A stretch of DNA of 64,000 nt. It comes from a virus. The stretch lies in the IMG/VR virus record IMGVR_UViG_3300041411_000085, positions 23,004 through 87,003 of that record. One strand, written 5' to 3'. The notes under the pieces were generated by a model that was given only the letters and a program-made list of their open reading frames with translations, was not told the DNA's origin and made no database searches. Shown here piece by piece: positions 26,102-35,876 of this stretch. Every line of letters starts with the position of its first letter. Position 1 is the first letter of the stretch. Made by a program: the position numbers and the translations under genes.

Positions 26102-27856
26102 GTGAGTAAACAAGAGCGACCGGACGGAGAATTGTTGTACCATGCGTCCTGTATTGGAGATGACTGTTCGTCGTCAGATGGTATGGCTGTGTATCAGAAA
26201 GAAATTGATGGAAAGCATATTAACGATGCCTTCTGTTTCGTTTGCACAAATTATTTCAACCACGACCAACTTGAAGAGGTTGGTATTAAGATTAAAGAGG
26301 GGAAACATAAAGTGTCCGAAGTAGTGGATTTTACAAACATTCAAGCAATTCCATTTCGTGGTTGGAAAGAACGCGGTATTGGTCAACCCGTATCCACAAA
26401 GTATGGCGTGCACACAGAAGTTGAAAACAGCTTTGATGTGACAGCTCGTTATTACCCATCTACATCAGATGGTAAGATCGTAGGCTTTAAGAAACGTTTG
26501 AATCCTAAAGACTTCGTTGGGATTGGTAGCACTAAGGCAACTAATGAACTCTTTGGTCAGTCTGTCTTTGAAGCCGGTCAAAAGTATTTGGTAATCACCA
26601 CGGGAGAGGAAGATGCTTTGGCATTTGCCCAAGCTCTATATTCCAAAAAAGATGGAGTGGAATACTGGACACCGTGTGTTAGTGTGACTTGTGGTGATGG
26701 TAGTATTATCAAACAATTCAAGGCTAACTTTGAATATATCAACAGTTTTTCTAAGGTCATCCTGTCGTTTGATCAAGATGAATCAGCACAGAAATATGTA
26801 GAAGAGGCAGCACGTCTCCTTACTCCGGGTAAGGCGTTCATTGCAAAGCTCCCACAAGGGGTTAAAGATGCCTCGGATATGGTTAAATCTGGTCGTACAG
26901 CAGAGCTTAAACAACTCTTCTGGAAAGCCACTCCGTTCAGTCGGGTTGACGTTCTACACTTGAGTCAAATGTGGGATGACTTTGAAAGTGAAGACAATAA
27001 CGTAAAGATTCCATTTCCTTCATCTTGGGCGCACTTGAATGAAATGATGAATGGGGGTATGGAAAAGGGTGAAATTACAATCATCGGTGCATTGACATCT
27101 ATTGGTAAGAGTTCGATTGTAAACAACGTGGTATATTCGCTGATTGAGAATACACCGTTCAAAGTAGGTGCAATGTATCTGGAAGGCACCAAGCGTGAAG
27201 TTGTGCGTGACCTGTTGTCGCTTGATGCTGGTATGAACCTCCGGACAGTCAATCGTGAGAACGTAGATATTGAAGCTCTGAAGAATCGTTTCTTTGAGAA
27301 CCTTGCGAAGAAAGATCAATTCGTTTATGTTGACCATCAGGGTAGTATCTCAACCGCTGAGATTTTTGATAAACTTAATTATCTGGCGAAGGCTGAGAAC
27401 TGTGATGTAATTGTTATCGATCCTGTTCAAGCGGGTGTAAACAGTAGTGATAACGGTGCAATCATTGAGTTTATGGATACATTGTTGAAGTTCGCAAAGG
27501 AGACAGATACTTGTGTGGTTGCAATTAGTCACATGAGAAAGCCTTCTGAAGAAAACCCACACGCTGTAACCGAATACCAATTAATGGGTTCCAGTTCTTT
27601 AAATCAAATTGCATTCAATACAATTTTGATCAGCCGTGATAAGATGAACCCTTGTCCAATTAAAAAGTCAGCCACTAAGTTGCAATTGGTTAAATGTCGT
27701 CGGACTGGTAACACTGGTGATGCTGGATGGTTGCGATATGATGGAGCCACAACACATATGTTTGCGACATCTGATCCATATATTGAAGAAAGCCTAATGG
27801 ATGAGCCACCATCGGTAGAAACTCTAGAAATTCCAGCACATATGGTTGACTTTTAA
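26102..27856 (+). CDS. DNA primase-helicase (T7 gp4-like)
   Basis: N-terminal Zn finger (C..C...CFVC); TOPRIM motifs (GEEDA, FDQDE, KDASD); SF4 helicase motifs (GALTSIGKS, VIDP, ISH, KCRRTG); GTG start after GGAGG. Confidence 0.93.
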   Translation: MSKQERPDGELLYHASCIGDDCSSSDGMAVYQKEIDGKHINDAFCFVCTNYFNHDQLEEVGIKIKEGKHKVSEVVDFTNIQAIPFRGWKERGIGQPVSTKYGVHTEVENSFDVTARYYPSTSDGKIVGFKKRLNPKDFVGIGSTKATNELFGQSVFEAGQKYLVITTGEEDALAFAQALYSKKDGVEYWTPCVSVTCGDGSIIKQFKANFEYINSFSKVILSFDQDESAQKYVEEAARLLTPGKAFIAKLPQGVKDASDMVKSGRTAELKQLFWKATPFSRVDVLHLSQMWDDFESEDNNVKIPFPSSWAHLNEMMNGGMEKGEITIIGALTSIGKSSIVNNVVYSLIENTPFKVGAMYLEGTKREVVRDLLSLDAGMNLRTVNRENVDIEALKNRFFENLAKKDQFVYVDHQGSISTAEIFDKLNYLAKAENCDVIVIDPVQAGVNSSDNGAIIEFMDTLLKFAKETDTCVVAISHMRKPSEENPHAVTEYQLMGSSSLNQIAFNTILISRDKMNPCPIKKSATKLQLVKCRRTGNTGDAGWLRYDGATTHMFATSDPYIEESLMDEPPSVETLEIPAHMVDF

Positions 27857-27901
27857 TAAAAGGAGGGCTAAAATCCTCCGTTCAATCTAGGAGATTTAGC
27901 A

Positions 27902-29614
27902 TTGGAAAAGAAATGGTTCAAAACTGACTTCATTTGGGACTTGGAAACTTTTCCAAACTGTTTTACCGCATGCTTTGTTTATGCTAATGGTCAAGGGATA
28001 CGTGTATTTGAAATCAGTGATCGAAAGGATGAGACTGAGGGGTTATTGGAGTTTTTAAGGAAGGTGAGAGCGGGTAACTATCGATTGGTAGGATTCAACT
28101 CCAATGCATTTGATTACCCTATTCTCCACCACATTCTGACAAAGGCACGTAAAGCCTTTACAGAAGGAAAGAAAGCAAAGTTTACAGCAAAGGAACTGTA
28201 TAAGGTTGCTATGGATCTTATTAATTCCATGAAAGATGAGAAGTTTGGGTCTTCGATTAAGGAGAAGGATGTAATCATCCCTCAAGTTGATCTATTCAAG
28301 GTTCACCACTTTGACAATAAAAATAGGTCAACCTCTCTAAAAATGTTGGAATATAACATGAGGTCAACTAACATTGAGGATTTACCGTTTCCTGTAGGTA
28401 CAGTGTTAACACACGTAGAAAAAGATGTATTAGTAAAATACAACAAACACGATGTCATGGAGACGCTTAAGTTCTATTGGTATTCATACGAAAACTTAAA
28501 ACTGAGGGAAGACTTGACTAAACAGTTTGGTTTTGACTGTACTAATTTCAACGATACGAAGATCGGCAAAGAACTGTTTATTCGAACACTGGAGAAAGAA
28601 AAACCGGGCTGCTGTTACGAGATTACTAAGTTTGGTCGTAAAGTTCGTCAAACCAAACGAGATCAAATTGTAATCAAAGACTGTCTTTTTCCTTACATTA
28701 AATTTGATAGACCAGAGTTTAAAGCTGTACATGAATGGTTCAAAACTCAAGTAATCACTGAAACAAAAGGTGTTTTTAGCGATCTACTGGAGCACCAGTT
28801 GGGTGATGTGGCTAAATATGCTGAGATGGTTGTTAAACGAAAGAAGCTTGGTAACGCTAACGACTGCGCTAAGTATGGATTTGATGACTTCAAAGGAACA
28901 AGAAGTAAAACATTTGTACCTACTGAAAAGCAGTTAAGTGAACTTAAACTATCACAGCCTATGGGTTGGGTTGAGGAGAAAGAACTTAAGAGCCCTAAAG
29001 GAGCTAAAAGCTATTACTGGTGTTGGAACGTAGCAGAAACCCTCAACGTGGTAATTAACGGGTTTCGTTATGACTACGGTGTAGGAGGTATTCACGGGGC
29101 TAAACAAGGGACCATTCGGAGTACGGATAAGAGAAAGATTCGTTCGTTGGACGTAAAATCTTTTTATCCAAACATGGGGATTGCAAATCAGATATACCCT
29201 CAACATCTGGGTACAACGTTTTGCAATGTTAACTCATCGTTGTATGCTGAGCGGGCAAAGACCGCTAAAGGTTCCGCTGGTAATGCTGCATTGAAACTTG
29301 CTTTGAATGGTTCGTACGGGGAAACTAACAACGAGTTTAGCCCACTCTTTGATCCGGCTTACACCATGAGTATTACTATCGGCGGCCAGCTCTCACTTTG
29401 TATGTTGATGGAGAAACTGATTGATCATTGTGATGCACAAATCGTAATGTGTAATACTGACGGATTTGAATATATGATTGATGTAGATAAGATTGGTGTG
29501 GATGACCAATGGGTTAAATGGTGGGAAAAAGAAACTAAGCTTGAAATGGAAGGGTTAAACTATTCGACTATGTTCATACGGGATGTAAATTCTTACTGCG
29601 CCGTGAAGGAGTGA
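27902..29614 (+). CDS. family B DNA polymerase, N-terminal part (3'-5' exonuclease, palm, fingers)
   Basis: ExoI DLET, ExoII FNSNAFD, ExoIII YNKHD; motif A DVKSFYPN, motif B KLALNGSYG, motif C NTDG; ends DVNSYCAVKE*. Confidence 0.9.
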   Translation: MEKKWFKTDFIWDLETFPNCFTACFVYANGQGIRVFEISDRKDETEGLLEFLRKVRAGNYRLVGFNSNAFDYPILHHILTKARKAFTEGKKAKFTAKELYKVAMDLINSMKDEKFGSSIKEKDVIIPQVDLFKVHHFDNKNRSTSLKMLEYNMRSTNIEDLPFPVGTVLTHVEKDVLVKYNKHDVMETLKFYWYSYENLKLREDLTKQFGFDCTNFNDTKIGKELFIRTLEKEKPGCCYEITKFGRKVRQTKRDQIVIKDCLFPYIKFDRPEFKAVHEWFKTQVITETKGVFSDLLEHQLGDVAKYAEMVVKRKKLGNANDCAKYGFDDFKGTRSKTFVPTEKQLSELKLSQPMGWVEEKELKSPKGAKSYYWCWNVAETLNVVINGFRYDYGVGGIHGAKQGTIRSTDKRKIRSLDVKSFYPNMGIANQIYPQHLGTTFCNVNSSLYAERAKTAKGSAGNAALKLALNGSYGETNNEFSPLFDPAYTMSITIGGQLSLCMLMEKLIDHCDAQIVMCNTDGFEYMIDVDKIGVDDQWVKWWEKETKLEMEGLNYSTMFIRDVNSYCAVKE

Positions 29615-29617
29615 TTT

Positions 29618-30277
29618 TTGGATTTAATAGATTTTAAATTTTTAGGATGTGGAGGTATTTATAAGATAACCAACACAATTAATAGCAAGTGTTATATAGG
29701 CCGAACCAAATGTTTTTATAGAAGGTGTTCTGAGTATAGAGGAGCCTACAGAAATAAAAACATAGGAAAAATCAATGAATATATGCTCAACTCTATGTTG
29801 AAGCATGGGATCGAATCTTTCACTTTTCGAATAATTGAGATGTGTGAGTATGAAGACATGTTTGAAAGAGAAAATTTTTGGATGGATTATTTTAATAGTC
29901 ATGACAAATCATTAGGATATAATCTCAGGAAAGATTCTTTGGGTGGTGGTATGGAAACACATCCGAGTACATCTAAGAAGATAACGGAACGACTTAAGAA
30001 AGAATGGTCTGAAGGTACAAGAGATGGTCATTCAGACAAGCTGAAAGCTTCTTGGGAATTCAGAGACAGAGATGCACAAGCCGATCTGATGTCAAAGAAC
30101 TTGACAAAGTGGAAGTATCTGGTATCTTTGGATGGGATCACTGAAGATCTGCTATATAAAGATTTAGCTGAGCTTGGTCTTAAGAACTGCGTCAGTACTT
30201 TCTTCCAAAAGAAGAGTGATGTTGTTCAGTTCAAAGGGTATACTATTGAGAGGATCAGATTGGATGATGTCGCATGA
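29618..30277 (+). CDS. GIY-YIG homing endonuclease inserted in the DNA polymerase gene
   Basis: GIYKITNTINSKCYIG...R...ERENFW...GYN; AAGGAG RBS inside the end of the polymerase ORF. Confidence 0.9.
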   Translation: MDLIDFKFLGCGGIYKITNTINSKCYIGRTKCFYRRCSEYRGAYRNKNIGKINEYMLNSMLKHGIESFTFRIIEMCEYEDMFERENFWMDYFNSHDKSLGYNLRKDSLGGGMETHPSTSKKITERLKKEWSEGTRDGHSDKLKASWEFRDRDAQADLMSKNLTKWKYLVSLDGITEDLLYKDLAELGLKNCVSTFFQKKSDVVQFKGYTIERIRLDDVA

Positions 30278-30761
30278 GGAAGAAGTTTCAGTAATTCAAA
30301 GCCTGATCAAAGACGGTAAGGTCAAGACTAAAGGTGCTTATGAAGTGATGCCTTTTGACAAGATTGGTTGGAATAAAAACCAATCAGCAATGGTTGTACC
30401 AATGGCTGCACTTTATCACCTTTTGGATATGGGTGATTACGAGGATTTTATTCGGTTACATAAAGATAAATATGACTTTCTTTTGAGGACAAAAGTCCCG
30501 AGAAGTAGTAAGCTGTTGCTCGTTACCCAAGATGGTGAAGAAATACAGCTTCAGAACATTTGTCGCTATTATCCCTCGAAAGAAGGTGGTAAACTGATTA
30601 AGGTGATGCCTCCATTGGTTGAAGGTGGTGAGTGGCGACGATTAGGTATTGACACCAGTTGGGATGTGAAACCATGTAACGACATCAAGGACTTTTCTTG
30701 GGATTTGGACTACAGATATTTTGTCCAAGAAGCAAAGGCTTTGATTGATTCTGTAAGCTGA
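30264..30761 (+). CDS. family B DNA polymerase, C-terminal (thumb) part
   Basis: DGKVKTKGAY and a terminal LDYRYFVQEA motif; own RBS GAGAGGA with ATG at 30264/30267 overlapping the endonuclease end. Confidence 0.82.
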   Translation: MMSHEEEVSVIQSLIKDGKVKTKGAYEVMPFDKIGWNKNQSAMVVPMAALYHLLDMGDYEDFIRLHKDKYDFLLRTKVPRSSKLLLVTQDGEEIQLQNICRYYPSKEGGKLIKVMPPLVEGGEWRRLGIDTSWDVKPCNDIKDFSWDLDYRYFVQEAKALIDSVS

Positions 30762-30844
30762 AAAGAAATTGAAAATACCGCTGTACAAACCCAGTAAATC
30801 ATGCGAGAATGGCAGTACAAATTAAATTGTAAAGGAGAGAAGAG

Positions 30845-31114
30845 ATGACAGTAGTAATTGATCGTGAATTGAATGGTGGCACTCAAGTAGTTCACCGCTT
30901 TGAGAATAACTTTGGCGCAAGTGTTGTACGCCATAATTTCTCTTATGGGGGTGAAGATGGTTTGTTTGAGTTGGCTGTACTGACCTTTGAAGGCGAAGCA
31001 AATGATTATGAGTTGACTTATAACACTGAAATTACTGATGATGTGCTTGGTCATTTGACTGAAACAGATGTAGCAGAATTGCTAACTAAAATTGAACAAC
31101 TGGAGAGTAAATAA
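30845..31114 (+). CDS. hypothetical phage protein
   Basis: FENNFGASVV...SYGG..GLFELAVL; AAGGAG RBS. Confidence 0.7.
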   Translation: MTVVIDRELNGGTQVVHRFENNFGASVVRHNFSYGGEDGLFELAVLTFEGEANDYELTYNTEITDDVLGHLTETDVAELLTKIEQLESK

Positions 31115-31115
31115 C

Positions 31116-31280
31116 ATGTCTAACTTTACATATGCCGTGGTAGAAAAAGCAACTGGCCTGACCCTTGAAGCAACCACTACACGCGAAGAGGCGAGAGCCG
31201 TGAAACGTGAGTTTGAAACTTACAACTCTGGCAATCAATTTCAGATTGTACAGTTTGTTAAGTCTAAGGTAGTACGATGA
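31116..31280 (+). CDS. hypothetical protein
   Basis: GGAG RBS before MSNF. Confidence 0.6.
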   Translation: MSNFTYAVVEKATGLTLEATTTREEARAVKREFETYNSGNQFQIVQFVKSKVVR

Positions 31281-31483
31281 GCAAAGTAACTGTACGAGAT
31301 ATCCAAAAGATTGGTGAAGTCACAGCTACACTTGAGTACGAATTCTCCACCATTGAAGACTTCTTTAAATATGAAGATCGTAAAGTTCAGAATATTAAAG
31401 ATGCCATCAGCAGTATTTATGGTGAGAGTGAACAGTCTGCTGTAGTGGATATTAATGTGAAGAAGAAGGAGACGAAACATTGA
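31277..31483 (+). CDS. hypothetical protein
   Basis: ATGA overlap. Confidence 0.6.
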   Translation: MSKVTVRDIQKIGEVTATLEYEFSTIEDFFKYEDRKVQNIKDAISSIYGESEQSAVVDINVKKKETKH

Positions 31484-31659
31484 AATCTGAAGAAGAATTG
31501 AAAGCTATTTCTGAAGAGTGGCTAACCGGACTGATTGACACTTGGTTTTGGGAATATGGAGCTTGGGATGGCTTTGTAGAAGATGAAGAAATCACCGATG
31601 ATAAACTTGAATGGATTCAGAATAATATTCGATTCACACATCAAGCGAGTATTAAATAA
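31480..31659 (+). CDS. small acidic, Trp-rich protein
   Basis: 59-aa ORF read by hand; TTG start after AAGGAG. Confidence 0.5.
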   Translation: MKSEEELKAISEEWLTGLIDTWFWEYGAWDGFVEDEEITDDKLEWIQNNIRFTHQASIK

Positions 31660-31754
31660 AGAATTTACGGGAACGTAGATAATGATTCGTAAGAATCAAC
31701 CCCTCACAATAATGTGAACAAAACTTATACACAACTAAATAGAGAAAATTAAAT

Positions 31755-32438
31755 ATGACTAACAAAACTGAAGTGATCGTTCGTGACTTGCCTAAATCGG
31801 GTGGTCTTGAAACTGTAAATATCTATATCAAGAACGCCGTTGTATTTTATGCAGCAGTTCACGAAGCCAAGAAAAAATATCAGAGTGAATCGAAAGAGTT
31901 CAGCGCTCAAGTGTTTGTGGACGAGGAAGCTAAGGACCGTTTGCTGGATGAAGTAATGGTGAACAAGACCTTTGCCGAAGTTGGTGTAACGAAAACATCG
32001 AAACCGCCTCGGAAGATTAAATACATGACATCTGATCAAGCCGAAGAGGGTAAGGTTAACTATGACGTGGTTAAAGGTCTGTGGGGCTTCAACGTAGCAA
32101 AGCCTGAGTTCAGTAAGAAGAATAACCCGATGACTGTGAATGTTATCAATACCGAGGGTGAAGCTTTCACAGATAACATCGGCAACGGTAGTGTTGTTAA
32201 CTTGAAATTGTTTGGGTATCGGAATGTTGACAATCAAGTTGTAATTACTTTGGATACTGTTCAAGTTGTTGAACACATTCCGTTTGAAGGTCGTACAGCT
32301 TCGGATAGCGTTGATGACGATATTCTTGGTAGTTATAAAGTGAAGAAGGTTGAAGCTAAGGCTGCTGAAGAGGAAGCTCCAGCACCTACTCCGCAACCTG
32401 AACCAGAAGATGACCTCGGATCGGATTTGCCGTTCTAG
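31755..32438 (+). CDS. single-stranded DNA-binding protein (T7 gp2.5-like)
   Basis: IGNGS motif; acidic tail ending DDLGSDLPF; replication context. Confidence 0.8.
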   Translation: MTNKTEVIVRDLPKSGGLETVNIYIKNAVVFYAAVHEAKKKYQSESKEFSAQVFVDEEAKDRLLDEVMVNKTFAEVGVTKTSKPPRKIKYMTSDQAEEGKVNYDVVKGLWGFNVAKPEFSKKNNPMTVNVINTEGEAFTDNIGNGSVVNLKLFGYRNVDNQVVITLDTVQVVEHIPFEGRTASDSVDDDILGSYKVKKVEAKAAEEEAPAPTPQPEPEDDLGSDLPF

Positions 32439-32456
32439 GATAAATAAGGCTCAAGG

Positions 32457-33059
32457 ATGAGCCATTTTCAAACGAGAGTGTTAATGAAAAAGAATAAACT
32501 TGTCTGTGGAGTTGGGGTTAATGATCTAGGCAGACCTGTGTATTGGAAAGAAAATGGAAAGTATGTTATCTGCCCAATATACCGAGTTTGGAAAAGTATG
32601 TTGGTCCGTTGTTATGATAAGAATTTCCACCATAAAGTCACATATGCTGAGTCCTATGTAGTACCTGAGTGGCTTCGGCTGAGTAATTTTGAAAAATGGA
32701 TGGAGCAGCAAGATTGGAAAGGTAAAGAATTGGACAAGGACATTCTTTTTCAGGGAAACAAGATTTACGGTCCCGAGACTTGTGTTTTTATTCCTCACGA
32801 CTTGAACGTATTCCTGATAGATAGTGCAGGCGCCCGTGGTGAATACCCTATTGGTGTTTCTTTTCATAAAAACAGTGGTCAATTGCAAGTAGATTGCGGT
32901 AATCCGTTTACACGTAAGAGAGAATATCTAGGTCTTTTTAAGGATGTACAAGAGGCACACTTAACATGGAAAGCAAAGAAACATCAACATGCACTAACTT
33001 ACGCAGAGCAACAAACAGATCCACGAATAGCTGAAGCGCTTCGCACACGCTATCTGTAA
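32457..33059 (+). CDS. putative homing endonuclease (HNH-like with an AP2-like tail)
   Basis: GVGVND...YRVWKSMLVRCY...W..LSNF..W...LDKDIL..GNKIYGPETCVF...YLGLF; the start may be MKKNK. Confidence 0.75.
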   Translation: MSHFQTRVLMKKNKLVCGVGVNDLGRPVYWKENGKYVICPIYRVWKSMLVRCYDKNFHHKVTYAESYVVPEWLRLSNFEKWMEQQDWKGKELDKDILFQGNKIYGPETCVFIPHDLNVFLIDSAGARGEYPIGVSFHKNSGQLQVDCGNPFTRKREYLGLFKDVQEAHLTWKAKKHQHALTYAEQQTDPRIAEALRTRYL

Positions 33060-33223
33060 TTTAACTAGGAGAAACACTATGACTGTAGAAATCGTCAACA
33101 CAGAAGCACAAACACTGAGCAAACTTTATGCAGCACTTGATTCAGCTATTGATAAAGGACAAGCTGACTTGATTAATGTACTGAGTTCTGCAATTCAACG
33201 ACTGACACGATAAGGGGAATAAT

Positions 33224-33475
33224 ATGAAAGAGAAACAAGCGCTGTTTGATCGTAGCTATCAACTGGAACAAGAAATCCTCACTCTACAAGAGGATCTGAA
33301 AGAGTTGAAGTCAGAATTCACTTATGAAAAAGAATATAATACTGACGGTTTCCCAAAAGCTGATGTTGCAGATATTATGAAAGCAGCAAAAGCCAAAGTG
33401 AAACAAGATGACTTGAAAGCTAAGGCAGAAGAATTTAGTAAGCTGCAAGAGATTCAGGATTTGTATTCTAAGTAA
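33224..33475 (+). CDS. putative dsDNA-binding protein (T4 DsbA / GapR-like)
   Basis: 83-aa helical protein with an LEQE...EDLKELK...G pattern. Confidence 0.45.
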   Translation: MKEKQALFDRSYQLEQEILTLQEDLKELKSEFTYEKEYNTDGFPKADVADIMKAAKAKVKQDDLKAKAEEFSKLQEIQDLYSK

Positions 33476-33484
33476 ATTGTTAAC

Positions 33485-33505
33485 AGGGGCGAAAGCCCCT
33501 TTCTT
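33485..33505 (+). terminator. intrinsic terminator
   Basis: AGGGGC-GAAA-GCCCCT-TTCTT. Confidence 0.75.
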
Positions 33506-33520
33506 GTAAAGGAGAAAGGA

Positions 33521-34465
33521 ATGAGCCTCGTTGTGATTGATGGAGATTTGATCAGCTACAAAGCCTCGGCAGCAAGTGAAACACGAACTATCTTAGTTAC
33601 AAACAATTCAAGTAAAGCAAAGAAAGAGTTTGCTAATCGGACAGAGTTTAAAGCTTGGTTAAAAGAGTCTGAGAAGAACATTGAAGATTATTCAATTACA
33701 GATGTGCAAACTCCTGAGCCTTTAGAGAATTGTTTACACACTGTTAAAATGATTCTACAAGGTATTCACGAAGCATCGGGCTGTGATGAAATGAAAGTGG
33801 TGGTTCAGGGAGAGGGTAATTTCCGTGACAGCTTACTACTTCCGACTAAATATAAGTCTAACCGTACAGACACACAGAAACCTATTCATTTGTCCGAGGC
33901 AAGAGGCTATTTGTTGGGGAAATACAAGGCTGAAGAGGCGAATGGTTGGGAAACTGATGACGTACTAGCCCAATATGCTTACAAAGGTTTTACTACCAAA
34001 AAACGCATTGTACAAGCCACAATCGACAAAGACGCGAATCAGTGCGCCGGTTGGTTATTCAACTGGGATAAGATGCAGAAGCCTCAATTCATTTCAGGAT
34101 TAGGTAACTTCGATAAAGAGGGTAAAGGATTTGGTCGTAAGTTTCTCTACTATCAAATTGTTGTTGGTGATCCTTCTGACTGCTACAAACCTACAGAACT
34201 TGTAAAGGCTAAGTATGGTGCAGCGTCAGCATTCAAAGACTTTGGTGAACTTACCACTGACAAAGAATGTTGGGCTAAGATGAAAGAGCTTTATCAAACT
34301 TGGTATCCTGAAGAGTTTGTGTACACAGCTTGGAATGGTGAGGAAGTGAATGGTAGTTGGTTACAGATGATGCAACTTTACGCTGACTGTGCGCATATGA
34401 AACGGTTTGTTGGTGATAGACTGGATGTGAGTACAACACTTGATAAGATGGGGTTGATTGAATGA
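33521..34465 (+). CDS. 5'-3' exonuclease (T7 gp6 / FEN-like)
   Basis: IDGD, NFR, YKSNR, ETDD, DKD and GDPSD motifs. Confidence 0.85.
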   Translation: MSLVVIDGDLISYKASAASETRTILVTNNSSKAKKEFANRTEFKAWLKESEKNIEDYSITDVQTPEPLENCLHTVKMILQGIHEASGCDEMKVVVQGEGNFRDSLLLPTKYKSNRTDTQKPIHLSEARGYLLGKYKAEEANGWETDDVLAQYAYKGFTTKKRIVQATIDKDANQCAGWLFNWDKMQKPQFISGLGNFDKEGKGFGRKFLYYQIVVGDPSDCYKPTELVKAKYGAASAFKDFGELTTDKECWAKMKELYQTWYPEEFVYTAWNGEEVNGSWLQMMQLYADCAHMKRFVGDRLDVSTTLDKMGLIE

Positions 34466-35046
34466 CTGTCCCATCACAAGCAGACATTGCTAAACGTAAG
34501 GCTAACCTTGAAAAGTTCTTAAAAGAAATTGATCCCTTGACAGGTAAAGCAATTGAGTCTAAGATGGTAGGTGTAGTTCGTTCTGCAATTCGTAAGAGTT
34601 GGATGAGAAGTCCTACTAAGTTAGCTTTCCTCTATATGAATACCGTCCCAGACATGGACGACACAACACGCACTAAATGGAAGATTCAGTGTCAATGCTG
34701 TAAGAAATGGTTTAAGATAGATCAGGTAGAATGTGACCATATATCCGGCCACAATACATTCACTAAGTCTTCTGACTTCCAATCTTACTTTGATAGTATC
34801 TTGATGGTTGGGTTTGATGGATTGCAAATCCTGTGTTCTGCTGATTGCCATCCGTGCAAAACCCTTTCTGAGAAGTTGGGTATTACCTTTGACGAAGCTG
34901 TTGTGGAACGTGAAGTGATTAAGATTTGTAAACTAAAAGCTGCACAGATTGATAAATGGCTTAGTGATCGAGGAGTTAAGGTTGCTAAAAATCCACAGGC
35001 ACGAAGGGATGCTGTAAGGGAGGCATTGAAGAATGAGCACAAATGA
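34462..35046 (+). CDS. HNH-type endonuclease
   Basis: CQCC...VECDHI...LQILC..CH..KT. Confidence 0.7.
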   Translation: MTVPSQADIAKRKANLEKFLKEIDPLTGKAIESKMVGVVRSAIRKSWMRSPTKLAFLYMNTVPDMDDTTRTKWKIQCQCCKKWFKIDQVECDHISGHNTFTKSSDFQSYFDSILMVGFDGLQILCSADCHPCKTLSEKLGITFDEAVVEREVIKICKLKAAQIDKWLSDRGVKVAKNPQARRDAVREALKNEHK

Positions 35047-35365
35047 ATACCTAGACAAACTAACCCTTGACCAACTACGTTATGCTCGTGATGAAGCTGA
35101 TCGTCGGGTAAAGAAAGCTGAGCAAGGTCCGAAGAAGATTGTTTGGGTTGTCACTAACGGGATGTGTAATGTTAGCTGGCACCGTGAAGAAGATTATCAG
35201 AAGGCCATCCAATCTTACGTGAACGTTATGCAACGTGAAGGAGTTGTAGAAACTTTCACAGACATGATTGAAGATCGTTCCAGTGTGTATGACTTCAAAC
35301 AGTGGCTTCCTGAGATTACTGCTTACTATCAAAATGAAACTGAGTACGAGGAGTGGTTTAAATGA
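35033..35365 (+). CDS. hypothetical protein
   Basis: GGAGG RBS. Confidence 0.65.
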   Translation: MSTNEYLDKLTLDQLRYARDEADRRVKKAEQGPKKIVWVVTNGMCNVSWHREEDYQKAIQSYVNVMQREGVVETFTDMIEDRSSVYDFKQWLPEITAYYQNETEYEEWFK

Positions 35366-35553
35366 CCGATAAAACTAAGATGTCCAACCTTGAATCCTAT
35401 CAGGAACTAACTATTCAAATTTCTACTCTTAATCTTAAGCTTGATAAAATTCTAAGTTTGCTAAATAAACCAAACGAAGTTGTAAACATTATTGGTGTTA
35501 CTGTCACAGGTAATCTGTCAATTGACGAAGAATTCTTGGAGAACTTCAAATGA
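35362..35553 (+). CDS. hypothetical protein
   Basis: Coupled ORF. Confidence 0.55.
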   Translation: MTDKTKMSNLESYQELTIQISTLNLKLDKILSLLNKPNEVVNIIGVTVTGNLSIDEEFLENFK

Positions 35554-35644
35554 TTAAAGACTATTGGACAGCAATCTTCTGGTGTGAGTTTGTTCAGTTT
35601 AGTGTTTATTTCAATGTGTGGTGCTCAGTCTTGGGGGTTTAGAT

Positions 35645-35875
35645 ATGACTACTAGTAAATTTAAGATTAAAGTTTATATAGATAACGGTCTTATCTACAG
35701 TTATGATGTAGACTCTCAGGAATCTGCACGGGAGCATTCAGCGGCTATTGTGCAGTCAGGTTATCGACATGTTGGGGTTGGTAGCTTTACACACTTTCCT
35801 CCACACAGGCTTCTCAAAGTAAAAGTTGTAGGAGATATTACAACCAACTTTCCAGACACCGTCGAAGGTACTTGA
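35645..35875 (+). CDS. hypothetical protein
   Basis: Start at MTTSK. Confidence 0.6.
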   Translation: MTTSKFKIKVYIDNGLIYSYDVDSQESAREHSAAIVQSGYRHVGVGSFTHFPPHRLLKVKVVGDITTNFPDTVEGT

Positions 35876-35876
35876 T

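Noticed and set aside
29612-30312. Group I intron, intein or ribosomal bypass restoring a single polymerase
   Set aside because: The endonuclease ORF occupies essentially the entire insertion. I saw no P7-type R/S elements and no Cys/His-Asn intein ends. The gap is far longer than the known gene 60 bypass, and the downstream part has its own SD and ATG. Not excluded without RT-PCR.
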